Shown piece by piece: positions 26,618 to 39,879 of a stretch of DNA of 64,000 nt. The translations under genes and the position numbers were made by a program. The notes beneath the pieces are model-generated. The model searched no databases. It was not told the origin of the DNA and saw only the letters and a program-made list of their open reading frames with translations. Each line of letters opens with the position of its first letter. The stretch's first letter is position 1. This DNA is from Chrysomallon squamiferum (lineage: Eukaryota > Animalia > Mollusca). The stretch is from NCBI GenBank assembly GCA_012295275.1, contig CM022665.1, positions 20,398,001-20,462,000 of the forward strand, written 5' to 3'.

Positions 26618-27762
26618 CAGTGGTTCTCAAAGGGTGTGCCCAGGCGCACCCGGAGACATGCTTAGCTGTGCCCCACGAAATTCTAGGATCTAGGTAGATA
26701 TATGTGATGATAAAAAAATTGATTATGTTAAGAGCGGAAAGATATCCAGTAAGAAATAGCCGGTTGTCCGGAAGAAGATTTTACACACGTTGTAAACTCG
26801 TTCGAAACGAGTTTTGGCTGATGAGCAAGCGCGGCTGCTCAAGGCTGTGCAGTAGTTCACCAGTGACAGTGTGAGTGATAGGGTGTGCAGGCTGCACAGT
26901 AGTTTACCAGTGACAGTGTGAGTGATAGGGTGTGCAGGCTGCACAGTAGTTTACCAGTGACAGTGTGAGTGATAGGGTGTGCAGGCTGCACAGTAGTTTA
27001 CCAGTGACAGTGTGAGTGATAGGGTGTGCAGGCTGCACAGTAGTTTACCAGTGACAGTGTGAGTGATAGGGTGTGCAGGCTGCACAGTAGTTTACCAGTG
27101 ACAGTGTGAGTGATAGGGTGTGCAGGCTGCACAGTAGTTTACCAGTGACAGTATGAGTGATAGGGTGTGCAAGTGTGACAAATAGCCAAAGTTTTCTTGT
27201 GACACGTATTCCTATCACTGTCACAGTCACTACCCATCTAAAACTTTAATACTTTATAGAATTTTAGCTTATTGTTAAAAGCAAATGATTCATAAAAGTT
27301 TTCCCTCACTGCACAATGCACACCATTAAAAATATAGCCTTTGTACAGTTTTTTGACTTTTTAACAGTCCATTGCTTTGTATTTCATATATTAATGTTCT
27401 TGGAGAAATTGCCAAGACACGTCTGGCTCATACTTCTCATCAGCACAAAACAGATGATGAATAAAGGTATATCCTCACACAAGGGCGGTAATTCTAAATA
27501 TATCAGTGAACATCTCTCACAGAAGAAAAACAAACTGAACAGATTCCAGACGAGAACAGTTTATACGCGAAATGATGAAGAATCTGACATAGATGTAGAC
27601 AATAAGGATAGACAACCTCAGCAGTCTGCTCCACACCCGATTCAGCCGCAATATCCTTCTTTCAGTTGTTTCTGTATTTTTTTACGTTTCGTGTCTAGTG
27701 TGCCGCATTTTTTTTATAAGGCTTCAAGTGTGCCTTGACTTCAAAAAGTTTGAGAACCACTG
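26618..27762. mobile_element. Complete non-autonomous hAT (Charlie-type) element, 1145 bp
   Basis: Perfect 14-bp TIRs CAGTGGTTCTCAAA / TTTGAGAACCACTG. Perfect 8-bp TSD CATTAATT at 26610-26617 and 27763-27770. No transposase ORF. Confidence 0.93.
26843..27172. repeat. 47-bp tandem repeat (~7 near-identical copies) inside the hAT element
   Basis: ccagtgacagtgtgagtgatagggtgtgcaggctgcacagtagttta starts at 26860, 26907, 26954, 27001, 27048, 27095 and 27142. Confidence 0.95.
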
Positions 27763-29666
27763 CATTAATTACTTGAATGTACAAATTCACAACAAAATAC
27801 TATGATTATAATAATATTTATTCAGGAAATATTAATTCATAAACCAAAAGAGAAAATAATTCCTTTTTCGTTATGCTAAATTGTTTGCTCTTTGTCATTA
27901 GGTCAAATAAATCTCTTTAAATATAAATGTAAGAAAAAAACAACAACAAAACAAACCTCCCCAAAAAAAAAAAAAAAAAAAAAAAAACACAAAAAAAAAA
28001 ACAATAAATAATAATAATAAATAAATACATAAATAAGAAACAAACTGATTAGTTAGTAAACAATCACAAATGATCATCTGAGATTTGCATCAAAAATAGT
28101 TGGGATTTTACTTTAATTTTTTTTTTTTTCAGTTTATTTCATAAACACGACTTTGAGGATATAAAGATAAAACACACACACACAAAACACACATAACAGT
28201 AAATACATGTACATATATATGTAGCTAGTATAGAACATGAAATAATATTTCTATGTTGCTCACACAAAAGTGAATACTTAGAAGACTGAGTCATGTCAAA
28301 TGAAATATTCAGCCGTTTTATGCAGCCACAGCCATTTCTTTATTGACCCGCTAAAAATCAGATCAACAGACGAACAAGCAGTCCAGTTATTGACAATACT
28401 GCAGCTGACGTGAACATTGTGACTGTTGTCAAAAGCATGACGTCGACTTCGCTGTTTTTTATTTCAATGCGTCAAGCGTTAGAGAACGCGCGATAACATC
28501 TGTTACATAAAATTATTTATATTCCGTTTCAGTCAACTGATAAATGTGCATTTGTGTGTGTATGTGCGTTTACAGTATGTATGCAGATATATATAAGAAC
28601 AATAATGATGGCTTTAAAGCAACATCTGTAACATTCATTTATCTGAGTGTACGTGTATAATATCTTAAATGTTTCAGGCTTATCAAGTATGATGTTATTT
28701 TCTTCTTTACTTGCTCTATTCTGAAATATTAACGTTTTTGGATTTTTTTCTTCTTTCAGCTGTTGTTGTTGTTGTTTTTCATTAATGGAATATATTTTAG
28801 TGTAGTTGAGCTAACTGCAATTACAAAATAACACTGAACTCCGCAGCGCATAATAAAAAGAAAAAACATGCACAAAGAAATTCATAAAACGTTTATTATT
28901 TTTTTATTTTAATATCATTGAAACTGTGTCCATTTATTAATAAAATATAAATATACCACAGAATTTATTATTTACAAAGAACAACTTCAAATAAAACATT
29001 AACTGAAACAGCTTAAAATTTTGTATATCAGATAACTGTAATTCAGACTAAACGTAGACTGAAGACAATGATATTAAATTACCTATGTTGGAGTTTCTAT
29101 ATATCAACAGTTTAAAACAACTGACTTTTCTAACAGTCACACATTTACATGTGTAAGATAATGTAAATTATAATCCTGTACTTGGCAATTATAAAATTAC
29201 ATTATTAAAATGTGTATGTTCATACTTTGTACATAAAATGCATTAAACCAAAACATAAAACATGCACGGAATGGAGATGTGTTAAAACTGGAATATAAAT
29301 AATGTCACACTTTCTTTATCCTGTGGAACGTTAATTTTTTAGGTGAAAAACAAAACTTGTATGTAGACCTTTGAAGATGTATTAAAACTGGGACATAAAT
29401 AATAAAATATTCACACTTTTTTTTCTCTTTTTTTTCTAAACTTTTTCATCTGGAGATGAATTAAAAACTTTTAGTACACCTCTGAAGATGTATTGAAACT
29501 GGGACATAAATAATGATATTACACACTTTAATCATACAGAGGTGAGTTAAAATTTGTATATACATATATCACTGAAGATGTATTAAAACTAGGAAATACA
29601 TAATGACATTACACACTTTAATCACAAAGGTGAGGTAAAATTCGTATGTACACCTCTGAAGATGTA

Positions 29667-32600
29667 TTAGAACTCGTATACACACACACCACAGTCGCTC
29701 ACTCTGATGTCAGTGTTTGGTCGCTCATTCATCGTTGTCTGCGATTCCATCCGCTTCAGGGTCTCGGTACCCTCAATAATTTGTCTGAAATTAGTAACAT
29801 ACACAACTGGTTTAAACCTTTCTTTAATTAACACTTACACTGGTCAAATCTCAATATATTATAAATTTAAAACATTATCAAAAATAAGAAATCAGATTTC
29901 AATGCATACACTTTCAGTTTCACATCCCCAAAATAAATTCATCCATTCCCAATTAAATGTACACCAAACAAAAATTTTGTGTGTGCATGCATTCACAATT
30001 TCATATACCCAAAACACACATATTTTCTGTGTATGCATTCATAGTTTAAAATACCCACAACAAGCATAGTTTCAGTGCAAGCGTTCACAATTTAGCTGTG
30101 TTTAACATACCCAAAACAAACATATTTTGTGTGCATCCATTCACAGTTCTGCAGTGTGATGAAAAACTGGGAAGCATTTGTGTGGCGACCTTTGTTTGCC
30201 ATTCCCAGCATACCACGTCGTGTGTACTGTACTGCAAAGTTTTCATCTGAAAAAATAAAAAACCAACAAAAATACAGTAAAATTAACACGAAAGACAAGA
30301 AACAGACAGAATCACAAAAGGATGGTTGGATGATAGGTGAATTGGTGGAATGATGGAATGAATGGATTGATGAACACATGGATGAATGGATGGGTGAACT
30401 GATGGATAGATACATAGATAATAATAAGAATATTTAAACAAATGCCTATGCAGAGAAAAGAAACAGGATATTTAAATAAATGCTATGAAAAGAAACAAGG
30501 TATTTTAAATAAATGCCTAAGCAGTTAAAAGGAAGATATTTAAATAAATGACAATGCAGTGAAAAAAAGAAAAGTATTTGTTGTAATTCTTAATTAATGA
30601 AAAATAAACTCATAGCTAGCTTTTAAATAAGTCACACATCCTTCTGCATTCTCCTTACATACTTCCAATCAGTATGTTGTATGATTATTTGTAATCAATA
30701 TACTTCTCAATAAAGTACATGACATTCAGCTGTGAAGAATTTAACTAGCTGAAAAATGCAGTCCCAAGTCACAATGAAACCAAAACTTACCTTCAAATAC
30801 TGGTCCATATATGGATTCTCCTCCATTGCCTCGGCCATAGTAGATGTCTGAATAAAATATTTCAAATTACATTTCAATATACTGCAAAACATAACACTAA
30901 AATCACTGACAGTGAAATATTTATTTTGATTCAAATGTAGAAATAAAAATAAAATTAAAAAAAATAAACATTTTTAGTCATGTATTTAGATTAATCTTAT
31001 TTATGATAAATGTTATTTTTGAAAATGTGAACTGTCCTGTCTGTACAATAACAAAAGTTTTTGAATGTTAGACTCCTACAAGTTACTAGATCTCATGGAG
31101 ATTAGAACACATGTATCATACACAAACACATATATAAAAACTATGATTTAGATGTAAAAAAAAAAACTTTTCACTGGTGTTGAAATTATAGAGAAACCTT
31201 AATAATGGATTTTTTTTTAATTACTTATTTATTTATTTTTAGTTTTTATTATTATTTATTTTGGTTTTTTAAATAAAGTAATAACAATAATGATGATAAT
31301 CAACAGAAAAACAAAAACAAAAATTACAAGAATAAAAATATTATTTTCTAATATTTACTGCTGCTATTTATATCATCATAATGACAAGTCCTAAGCACTA
31401 TAACTAATAATGATAATAATACTATTCACAACAGTAATGAAAACAGACACCTGTGCCTATTACTAAAACTTGTAAAACAGTATTTTAATTAACTGTAGTT
31501 ACCTCCCCCTTGAATCCAGCCATTAGGAACAATTCTATGAAATAGGGAGTCCTTGTAATGCAGTTTATGATCTGTTGTCTCTGAAACACCTTTCTCACCT
31601 GTACACAGAGCCCGGAAATTTTCACAAGTTCTAGGAACAATGTCTGAAAATAACTGAAAAGAAAAGAAAATAATTACAAAACTGAAAATAGTTACAGAAC
31701 TGAAAATGATAACAGAAATGAATATAATTACAGAATTGAAAATAATCACAGAACGGAATATAATCTCAAAACTGAAAATGATCACAGAACTGAAAAACGT
31801 AACAGAAATGAAAATAATAACAGAACTTAAAATGATCATGCTACTGAAAATAATCATAGAACTGAAACTGATAATAGACATGAAAATGATAAAAGAACTG
31901 AAAATAATTACAGAACTGAAAATAATTTACAAAGCTGAAAATAATCACAGAACTGAAAATGATGACAGAATTGAAAAGAATACAGAAGGAAATAACAGAA
32001 TATTTATTAAAAAGAAGATACATACAGTGTGATGCAATTTAGTAATTATTTTTATTAAAATCCTTTTAAATTTAAAAATTATTAAAACAAACTAAAATAA
32101 TGTTCATTACTAAAGGCAGTAGGTAGGTTTATGGTATAAACTTTCATCCATCATATAATTTAGAATGCTAAAGGGCAATAACTAATGAGCTTTAAAAGTT
32201 TGATAATAACAAAAACAAAAATACATTGCATATTAAAATATGAATATTTGTGAGCATAAATAATAATTATTACCTCAAAAACAAGACGTCCAACTTGTTC
32301 ATCTCCAATTCTGATATCCATGAAAACATAATCATGCTGAAAGAAAATTTATATGAAAAAGAAAAAATGAAAAAAATTAAATATGAGATACAGGAAAAAA
32401 AACCATAATAACAAAAAAGAAATTGATAATAGAAAATATAATAATATTTGAAATTTAAAAAACCAAAACAAATTATCAATACATTTCTGTAAAAAGGTCT
32501 GACTATAAATGGTTATATGAAGTTGCCTCTATGTTGGAGGTTAGAGTGCTCTTCTGTGACATAATTGAAGATGAGGTCAACCCTCCTTCACTTTATAATT

Positions 32601-33953
32601 TAAATATTTCCCATTCTGCCAGAACTTACAATTAACAGTATATATAACAATCTAATTTCTTCTAAAAAACAGCAGTCTCTTACTTTCTGTCATCTCATGT
32701 GACTTCTAGTTGAGTCAGTTAATATTAAAATGTAAAAAGAAATTAAGTAATTAAACATTTATTTGTTTTTGACTTAAACAACAATAATTAATAATAAACA
32801 ATATCAGTCAATAAAATAAAAAAATGTTTACCTTTTGGGAATTTAAATGATTCTTATAGCCTGCTTCTGTCAGAGTTAAGTAGAGAGCTTGTGGGCGATA
32901 TTCTTGAAAATTACATTTTTCTTCTGCCCACAGCACGAACTCATCAGGCCCTCCAATTAATTCTCCATTTATAAATATTATCACTTTTTCATTAAACTGC
33001 CAAGTGTCTCCTCTCAACTCCTGTAATAATATCAAAATATTTAAGAGATGTTATTATATATCTTATAATTTACAAGTATAATTTATTTCTAGGTAAAGAT
33101 AATTTAGTAACACTTATAATGTATTGCTAACTGAGGTTAACTGATGTTCATTTGGTAACAATTATTACAATAAACAAATAGTGCAAGCTAAAATGGTAGG
33201 ATTTATAGTACCCATATATATTCAGATGTATTTATAGATAAATAATTTACATATTGATCCTCAAGTATAATTTAGTCTAGCTATGATAACTGATATTCAT
33301 TTGATAACTTATATTTCAATAAATAAAAGTATAGCAACAGCTGAAATGGTTGGATTTATAGTATCCAAGTACGTCATGAATAAATTTACAAAAGAAAAAC
33401 TATTACTTTTCTCTTTTCATCAATGAAGAGATTCCATTCAAATTCTAGCATTCCTTCAATATGCGGTTCAGTGAAACGGGACGGGTCATTCTTGTACAGA
33501 TCCTGTTTTCAAATGAAAATGAATAAACAAGCATATTAATATTATTAAGTAATTAATTAAAGGAGAAGAAAATTTGTTATGATCATGTAAATATATAAAG
33601 GAAATGATCAAACACAGAACTTGAGGAAAAGCAGTTCGGATTATTTAATGAAACTACTGAAGTAATTTCAATATCAATTCTAGCAATGTTGTTTAATTAT
33701 TATGCAGGAGATACTTTTATTCAGAAACAGCAAACAAAGTACTCGTCAAAAAACGAAAACAGGTTTATGCCGAATAAAGGTATATTGTGAAAATACACAT
33801 TCTGATATTGTTACTAAATTCTTGTATTTTTACAAAAACGATGTGTGTCTCAATACATAATATATAATATCTTACCTCTGCACAACATCGTGCCCGAACA
33901 AAGTCCATGTCACATAACAAACCGTATACCTCTACATGCATCTTGGTGGCCAT
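29667..33953 (-). CDS. PPIL6: PPIL6-like cyclophilin (probably inactive peptidyl-prolyl isomerase-like 6), ~295 aa, 8 exons
   Basis: Exons (-): 33876-33953, 33407-33502, 32832-33020, 32274-32336, 31503-31653, 30791-30847, 30111-30246, 29667-29784. These join in frame with GT-AG. An N-terminal extension precedes a cyclophilin domain: [28 protein letters not shown]...[15 protein letters not shown]...[15 protein letters not shown]...[23 protein letters not shown]...[10 protein letters not shown] and MANKGRH are PPIL6 signatures. Confidence 0.9.
31652..31975. repeat. 18-bp intronic minisatellite (acagaactgaaaataatc; minus-strand units contain TTTTCAG)
   Basis: About 17 degenerate copies abut the PPIL6 exon-5 acceptor. 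Confidence 0.85.
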
Positions 33954-34318
33954 TGTAAGAATGTTGTCCTTAGACACCAATCGTAATAACTCGGCTTATT
34001 CCGTTGTTTGTTATTGCGTATTACTCCACAGTTTATTTGGAGCACCGTTAGTAATGTGAAGGAATAGTTTCGAAAGACGACTATTAATGGTTGCGTGATG
34101 CTGCTGCAATAAATGTTATTATTAACGATCAGCAATTACAGTTCATAATTATGATATTTCAAAGACAACCCAAACCGTTCCTCGATCGCACGCAAGCTGT
34201 TTTTAGATACTTTGTGTCGACAAACTGCGATTTCGAAAACACAAAATAATTTGATAGATCGTTTGACATAATTATATAGATATTACTACTAATCCTACTA
34301 TTACTACTACTAAATTTA

Positions 34319-34372
<54 letters not shown>

Positions 34373-34392
34373 TGTGGGATATTATTTTATTG

Positions 34393-34442
<50 letters not shown>

Positions 34443-34603
34443 AGTACTAGTATAATAGTAGTACTAGTAGTAGCAGCTAGTAGTAATTGCGTATTTCTAA
34501 ATAATTTATCACTCAGATCGTCAATGAACATTTTGCAAGTATAAAAGTTTGTCCTGTGTACAATGTCCAGTCATTTATCTCCATAAAGCCATCTAATAAT
34601 AAT

Positions 34604-34636
<33 letters not shown>

Positions 34637-34799
34637 ATTTTGCAGAACTGCTTTTCAATCACTAATATTTGTCTCTTCCTTAAAATCTGAAAAACAAAGT
34701 TTGTTTTCAAACAAATAAATTCCAAAAAATGAAGAAGAAACAGACGATAACTATACGACACGTGATTAAATTCATCACATGTTTATGTATGTCTGTCCC

Positions 34800-34900
34800 G
34801 AGCATATAATTCGAAAGCCTAGGTCACGCAATGACACCAGTTAGCTCAGAGTACCTATGGATTTTGAGTTCAATGCTTTAGCACTGCGCTACCGCAGTCA
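34800..34900 (-). mobile_element. Possible degenerate tRNA-derived SINE head
   Basis: The minus strand has gcggTAGCGCAGTGctaaagcattg (A-box-like) and a degenerate ttcgaa B-box-like motif. Weak evidence. Confidence 0.25.
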
Positions 34901-36292
34901 ATATTAACATAGTTATGTGTTGTTCGGGCGTGTTGGGAATCAACATGGCTATTATCAGTCTAATCATATTTAATCCTAGATACTATAAACATTAATCGTG
35001 TAAACAGCTTGTTTGTGCGAAAACGTGTGGGAGTGACGTCACACTGTCATCATACACCGAGAACTGTTGTTTTATATTAACAGCTGTAATTCCTGGTTTA
35101 TTGTTAATGCTGCGTTCTCTGTATACGATTTGTCCTAACGAACTATGACATACGATCGACAGGTATTTATTTGATAAAGATCAATGTAGAGTGAAAATTA
35201 TTAGTCAACTACAAGTGTATGAAAATAAAATCTGTATCTCTTTTTAAGTCGACTGAGAATGTTTTACCATAGTCATCTTCGACTTTATTTTTTCTCCTTG
35301 TTGATGTTGCTGCTGAGCTATTGATTATAAAAACTGCTGGTTGTTTTACACGTTTTAGTCTTCAACTAACACTCTTCCTTGCCAGCTCAGATTTTAGTAG
35401 TTTTTCATTTATTTATTTATTTATTTATTTATTTATTGTTTTACTGCTTAATTTTTAAATTCTTTTTTTATTCTTTCTTTTTTTTCTTTAAATATTTCGT
35501 TTCGTTTCTTTTTTGTTTTAGTTTTATTACACAGACTTACATCGTCGTTGAAAAAATACACTTTCGCAACAGCTTATTTTATTCTCATTATAATAGCTTA
35601 TAATGAGTGATATAATAATAATAAATGACTAAATAGTGAGACGTTATCCGTTTTTGTCCCAATTAGAGCTGTTTGCTTTAAACTGTCATTAAAAGACACA
35701 AAGTGTGATAACGCCATTTGTAATGTACAATAACCAAACGTCGATTTTCATTCAAAAAGTCATTGTAGGTCGATACTGAGACAATTTCCTGAGTAAATTC
35801 TCTATTCATAGCATATTTCACATGAAATGTCACGGCTCGCTATGCATGAACAAGTAGTATGTTAGTAACAAAGCAATCAATGATACGGGTGAATGAAAAC
35901 TAATTATTTTCATTCTTTCCACTACTTCGTTGGCACCAGTTTTATGTTTGATTTGTTAAATTGAAGCGTTTCAATATTAGAATCGTCGTATTGAAAGTGA
36001 ATTATTGACAGTTCGGGCAATAAAAAGTTATTTATTTATTTATTTTATTATTATTATTATAATTATAATTAATATATCTAAAATATCCACGTTATTATTT
36101 TATTCGTTATCAGAACCCGTCTTTGTTTATAACAAAGTATGATATCACTTTGAATAACCAAACGATAACATTGAAATTCATGTTTTCGTTACGTCATATG
36201 CTACCGGAAAATGTGGATAACCAATAACTACATAGGATAGAGTGAGGAAAAAACAGCAACAAAAAAACTGATATATATATATATATGTGTGT

Positions 36293-36330
<38 letters not shown>

Positions 36331-37732
36331 CAAAAGCAAAATTAAATATAAAACAGATGTATAATAAAGTGTAAAATAAAATAAATAACTTTTTGTTTTC
36401 CGTTTTAGATTTGCGCAGCATTCGTCTAAAGACAAAACCCAAACAATGTAATATAATAAATAAACACAAAGAAACTCTTAGCAGTTATTACTACGATGAC
36501 GCCCATTTCACGGTATATAGACGTATGATAAAGGAAAGTGGAATGTAGATGTTTACACAGTTAATAATGAATATCTACAAGGTGTGTAACTCGAATCAGC
36601 GCCACATGATGGTAATACTAATAATAACAACAACAACAACAACAACAACAACAGTAAACAGATATGTAAATGAATTATCACAATAGGGTCAATTATAGCT
36701 GAGGTTACATAAATCTATATATGCTTGAAGGTGTGATTATTTCTCTGACAATAATGAATTGGTTCTAAAGCAATAAAAATGTTAAAATATATCAACAAGA
36801 AAGTGTCGTATGTGATAAAGTAAAACAAAGAAAAGTAAAGAAAAATAATAGTAATTATTAAAATTAAAATTAATTGAGCATGCTATGTAATAGGTCAAGC
36901 TAGGAAAGATTCTGGGTGAGGAAAGTCATTTTAATTTAAATATCTTTTAACCCCCACGCCCACCCTTCTGGAAGTTTCGATGTCAAGTCAATATCGGGGG
37001 GGGGGGGGGAATTGGTCGCTTGTAAAACACTTCAGCTGATTCTCTTTATCTTCTCGGAAACGCTCTGACCTCCTGCCTCGTGAGTGGCTATTGCGAAGCC
37101 TTGTAGCAGTGGAGTGGATTAGTATAAACCAATATTTACCTGGAGAAGGAAAACGGGTGGCTGGTGCCATTGTTCTGTAATCAGTATGGGGAGTAAGTGA
37201 GAAACTCGCGGCGAATCACCACCGATATTTGACAGGGGAAAGGATACAGAATACACACTGCGTATTGTTAACCACTGCTTTGTTTATCACGTTGTTTGAC
37301 CGTTAATGTCGTCGACATGTCGAAACAGAGATTTCACTCTATTGTCTACGTCTGAAAGTTGTCGAACACAACGAGAAAACAATTTGTCGCTGACGTAGGA
37401 AGAGTGAAAATTACTTTCGTCACGAACAGTTAAGTACATACATCAAGGAGAGCAAGCCTATACTTTAAATTCTTAAACAAAACTGGTCTTATGTTACGGC
37501 CGATTCTTTGATAAATCGAAAACTTGATACACACAATGTGGCGTTTGACGTGACGAAAAAAGAAAGAAGAAAAAAAGAAATAAATAGAAAAATAGAAAGA
37601 GGAACTACATTGTTTTAAAGGATTATTTATGTCTATACAGTGAACAGTTTCATCCTTTTAAAGTTACAGTCTTCAGTTATATTCGTACACTATAAAACAT
37701 ACGTTTACTGGTGAGAATCAGAACTCGTAAAA

Positions 37733-38242
37733 ATGGCGGAATATTCCATCACCAGCTTGGCAGTAACTCGGAGTCCACGACGTAAATACACTCGTCTTTC
37801 TGTCGGTTCTTTTTCTCATCAGAACGGGAAAAAGGGAAAGACAGATGGATCCGAAACCAGCAGATCGAAACAATCTAACAGTAAAGTTGGCAACACATAC
37901 AAACTTGAACCGGGCAATGGCGATAAATTTCAAACCGAGGCCGTTCGCCATGTGATGCTGAGCACGTTGGAAAGTAAGCTGGTGGACGTCAGATACGACG
38001 CTGCCACTTGTGGTAGTCTGGCGACATTGGTCACCAACGAGATAACGTCGCGAATTAAAGAGTACCATTGGACGCGTTACAAATTCGTGGTTCAAGTGTT
38101 CGTGGGACAGAAGGAAAACCAGGGAATTCAGGTTGCAAGTCGATGTGTGTGGAATGCAGACACGGACACATACGCATGTGTCAGTTATGGAAATTCCTCC
38201 TTATTCGCTGTAGCCTCTTGCTATGCAGTGTATTATGAATAA
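37733..38242 (+). CDS. Tctex1-domain-containing dynein light chain (TCTEX1D1/DYNLT5-like), 169 aa, uninterrupted CDS
   Basis: NTYKLEP...F....V..VM...LE..L..V.YD...RYKFVVQVFVGQKENQGIQVASRCVWNADTDTYA..SYGNSSLFAVASCYAVYYE is a canonical Tctex-1 domain with a YYE C-terminus. Confidence 0.92.
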   Translation: MAEYSITSLAVTRSPRRKYTRLSVGSFSHQNGKKGKTDGSETSRSKQSNSKVGNTYKLEPGNGDKFQTEAVRHVMLSTLESKLVDVRYDAATCGSLATLVTNEITSRIKEYHWTRYKFVVQVFVGQKENQGIQVASRCVWNADTDTYACVSYGNSSLFAVASCYAVYYE

Positions 38243-39347
38243 TCGAGAAATCTGAATTTTCCATCGCAAACAAGTCAGCTAGCTACTTTTTGTGGTATAT
38301 CGTGTATACCTGTCATCGACTCGACATCAGACGATAGTCAGTTGTGTATATGACGGTTAAGAATAGTATGATAATTTATGTATTTCATAGTCAGGAAATT
38401 CTATACGGGTACAGATAATTTTATATCTATTTATTTATTTATTATTTATTATATATTATTTATTATTATCATCATAATCATCATCATCATCATCATCATT
38501 TATTTATTTCATTTTTATTTATATTTATTTTTATTTTGTTTAAAGATCATTTATTATTTTACTGAAAACTGCAAGATATTTAGTGTATCAAAATATACTT
38601 CCTTTATCATTTTAACATAATGTTAGTAAAACCAAATTCCCAATACAAATTCTTGACGATAACCGTTAAAATGATGCATAGCTTAGCGAGCCCTAATACT
38701 GATGTCAAACTTCCAAATCCAGGGCTGACTGTTTGACCGTATAAAGATCTATTTTGTTTTGTCCTGTGAAATTTGTCATAATCATAATTCTGATATTAGT
38801 GTCACCTTGACCTATGTATGTGTTAATGCATTTTGTATTACATAAAAACAAATATTTTAAAAAATGCTTTTGTTTGTTTCTTTTTAGATTACCTTCGTTC
38901 ATAATACGCACCCTGTCTCTATCTGCCTAATCAGGTGTTATGAGATTAAATGTACAAATTAAAAAATATACTTATGTATCGACTTACAACTATCGTTAAT
39001 ATTACATAGGCCTCTATAGAGAACTCTGACCCGCACGTACGTAATACCCGTGTTAAACCATGTGGAAATATTTTATAACATTACAAAATTGACTTTTTGA
39101 CTTCAGTGCACTGAATTTTACACATGAGTAAACAATATGTGACAGAAGATTAATGGAATTAACTCGAAAGGTTAAAAATTATCGCAGCTTTTACGAAGAC
39201 TATAGCCTTTTCGCCTTCTGTGAAAAAAGTCCTCCTTGCTGAAGAGAAACCTCAGCTTAATCCTTCAGTAACCAACATCATTCTTTAACTGATGGTCAAA
39301 CGATTACTGGAAATGCACTGAGATTATATTCGGATTAAAATACATAC

Positions 39348-39395
<48 letters not shown>

Positions 39396-39879
39396 CTAAA
39401 TTTAAAAACAAAAACATGATGCTAAACTAATTCTGTAAGGAATAACTCGAAATAAATAAAATTTCCAAAATACTTTAAATCAAGTCCCTGTCATTTCTTT
39501 TTTTATTATTTAGTGGACACTCTTTACTATTTCTGTATTTCTTGGCCAGTAAATATTTCTCTCACAACATGACGTAGTGAGTGTTCAAGGACATATGGTC
39601 ACAGTTTATTAATGACAATCCTCCAGAGTTTCGTGTAAAAATATATGTAATAATAATAATGTGTTCGTATTAATACATGTTAATGGTAGATATAATTTAT
39701 AACAAACACGAAAATGCATGAACAACATTTATTGCAAACATATGAAAACAATACTAATAAAAAAAACATTCTTTTATATGTTCAGAATGAATGAATATGA
39801 GCAAGAACAAACTATAAAGACAGTCTTTGTTTTATATAAAACAAAATATAAATATAAATAAATAAATAAATACAAAATA

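Noticed and set aside
26843-27172. 47-bp repeat array as a CRISPR array
   Set aside because: Head-to-tail repeats without unique spacers, no cas genes, eukaryotic context, and it lies inside a hAT element.
27316-27738. 140-aa ORF in the hAT element as a transposase
   Set aside because: No recognisable BED finger, DDE or dimerisation motifs.
31706-32032. 108-aa plus-strand ORF with ITELKI repeats, superficially LRR-like
   Set aside because: It is the translation of the 18-bp intronic minisatellite antisense to PPIL6.
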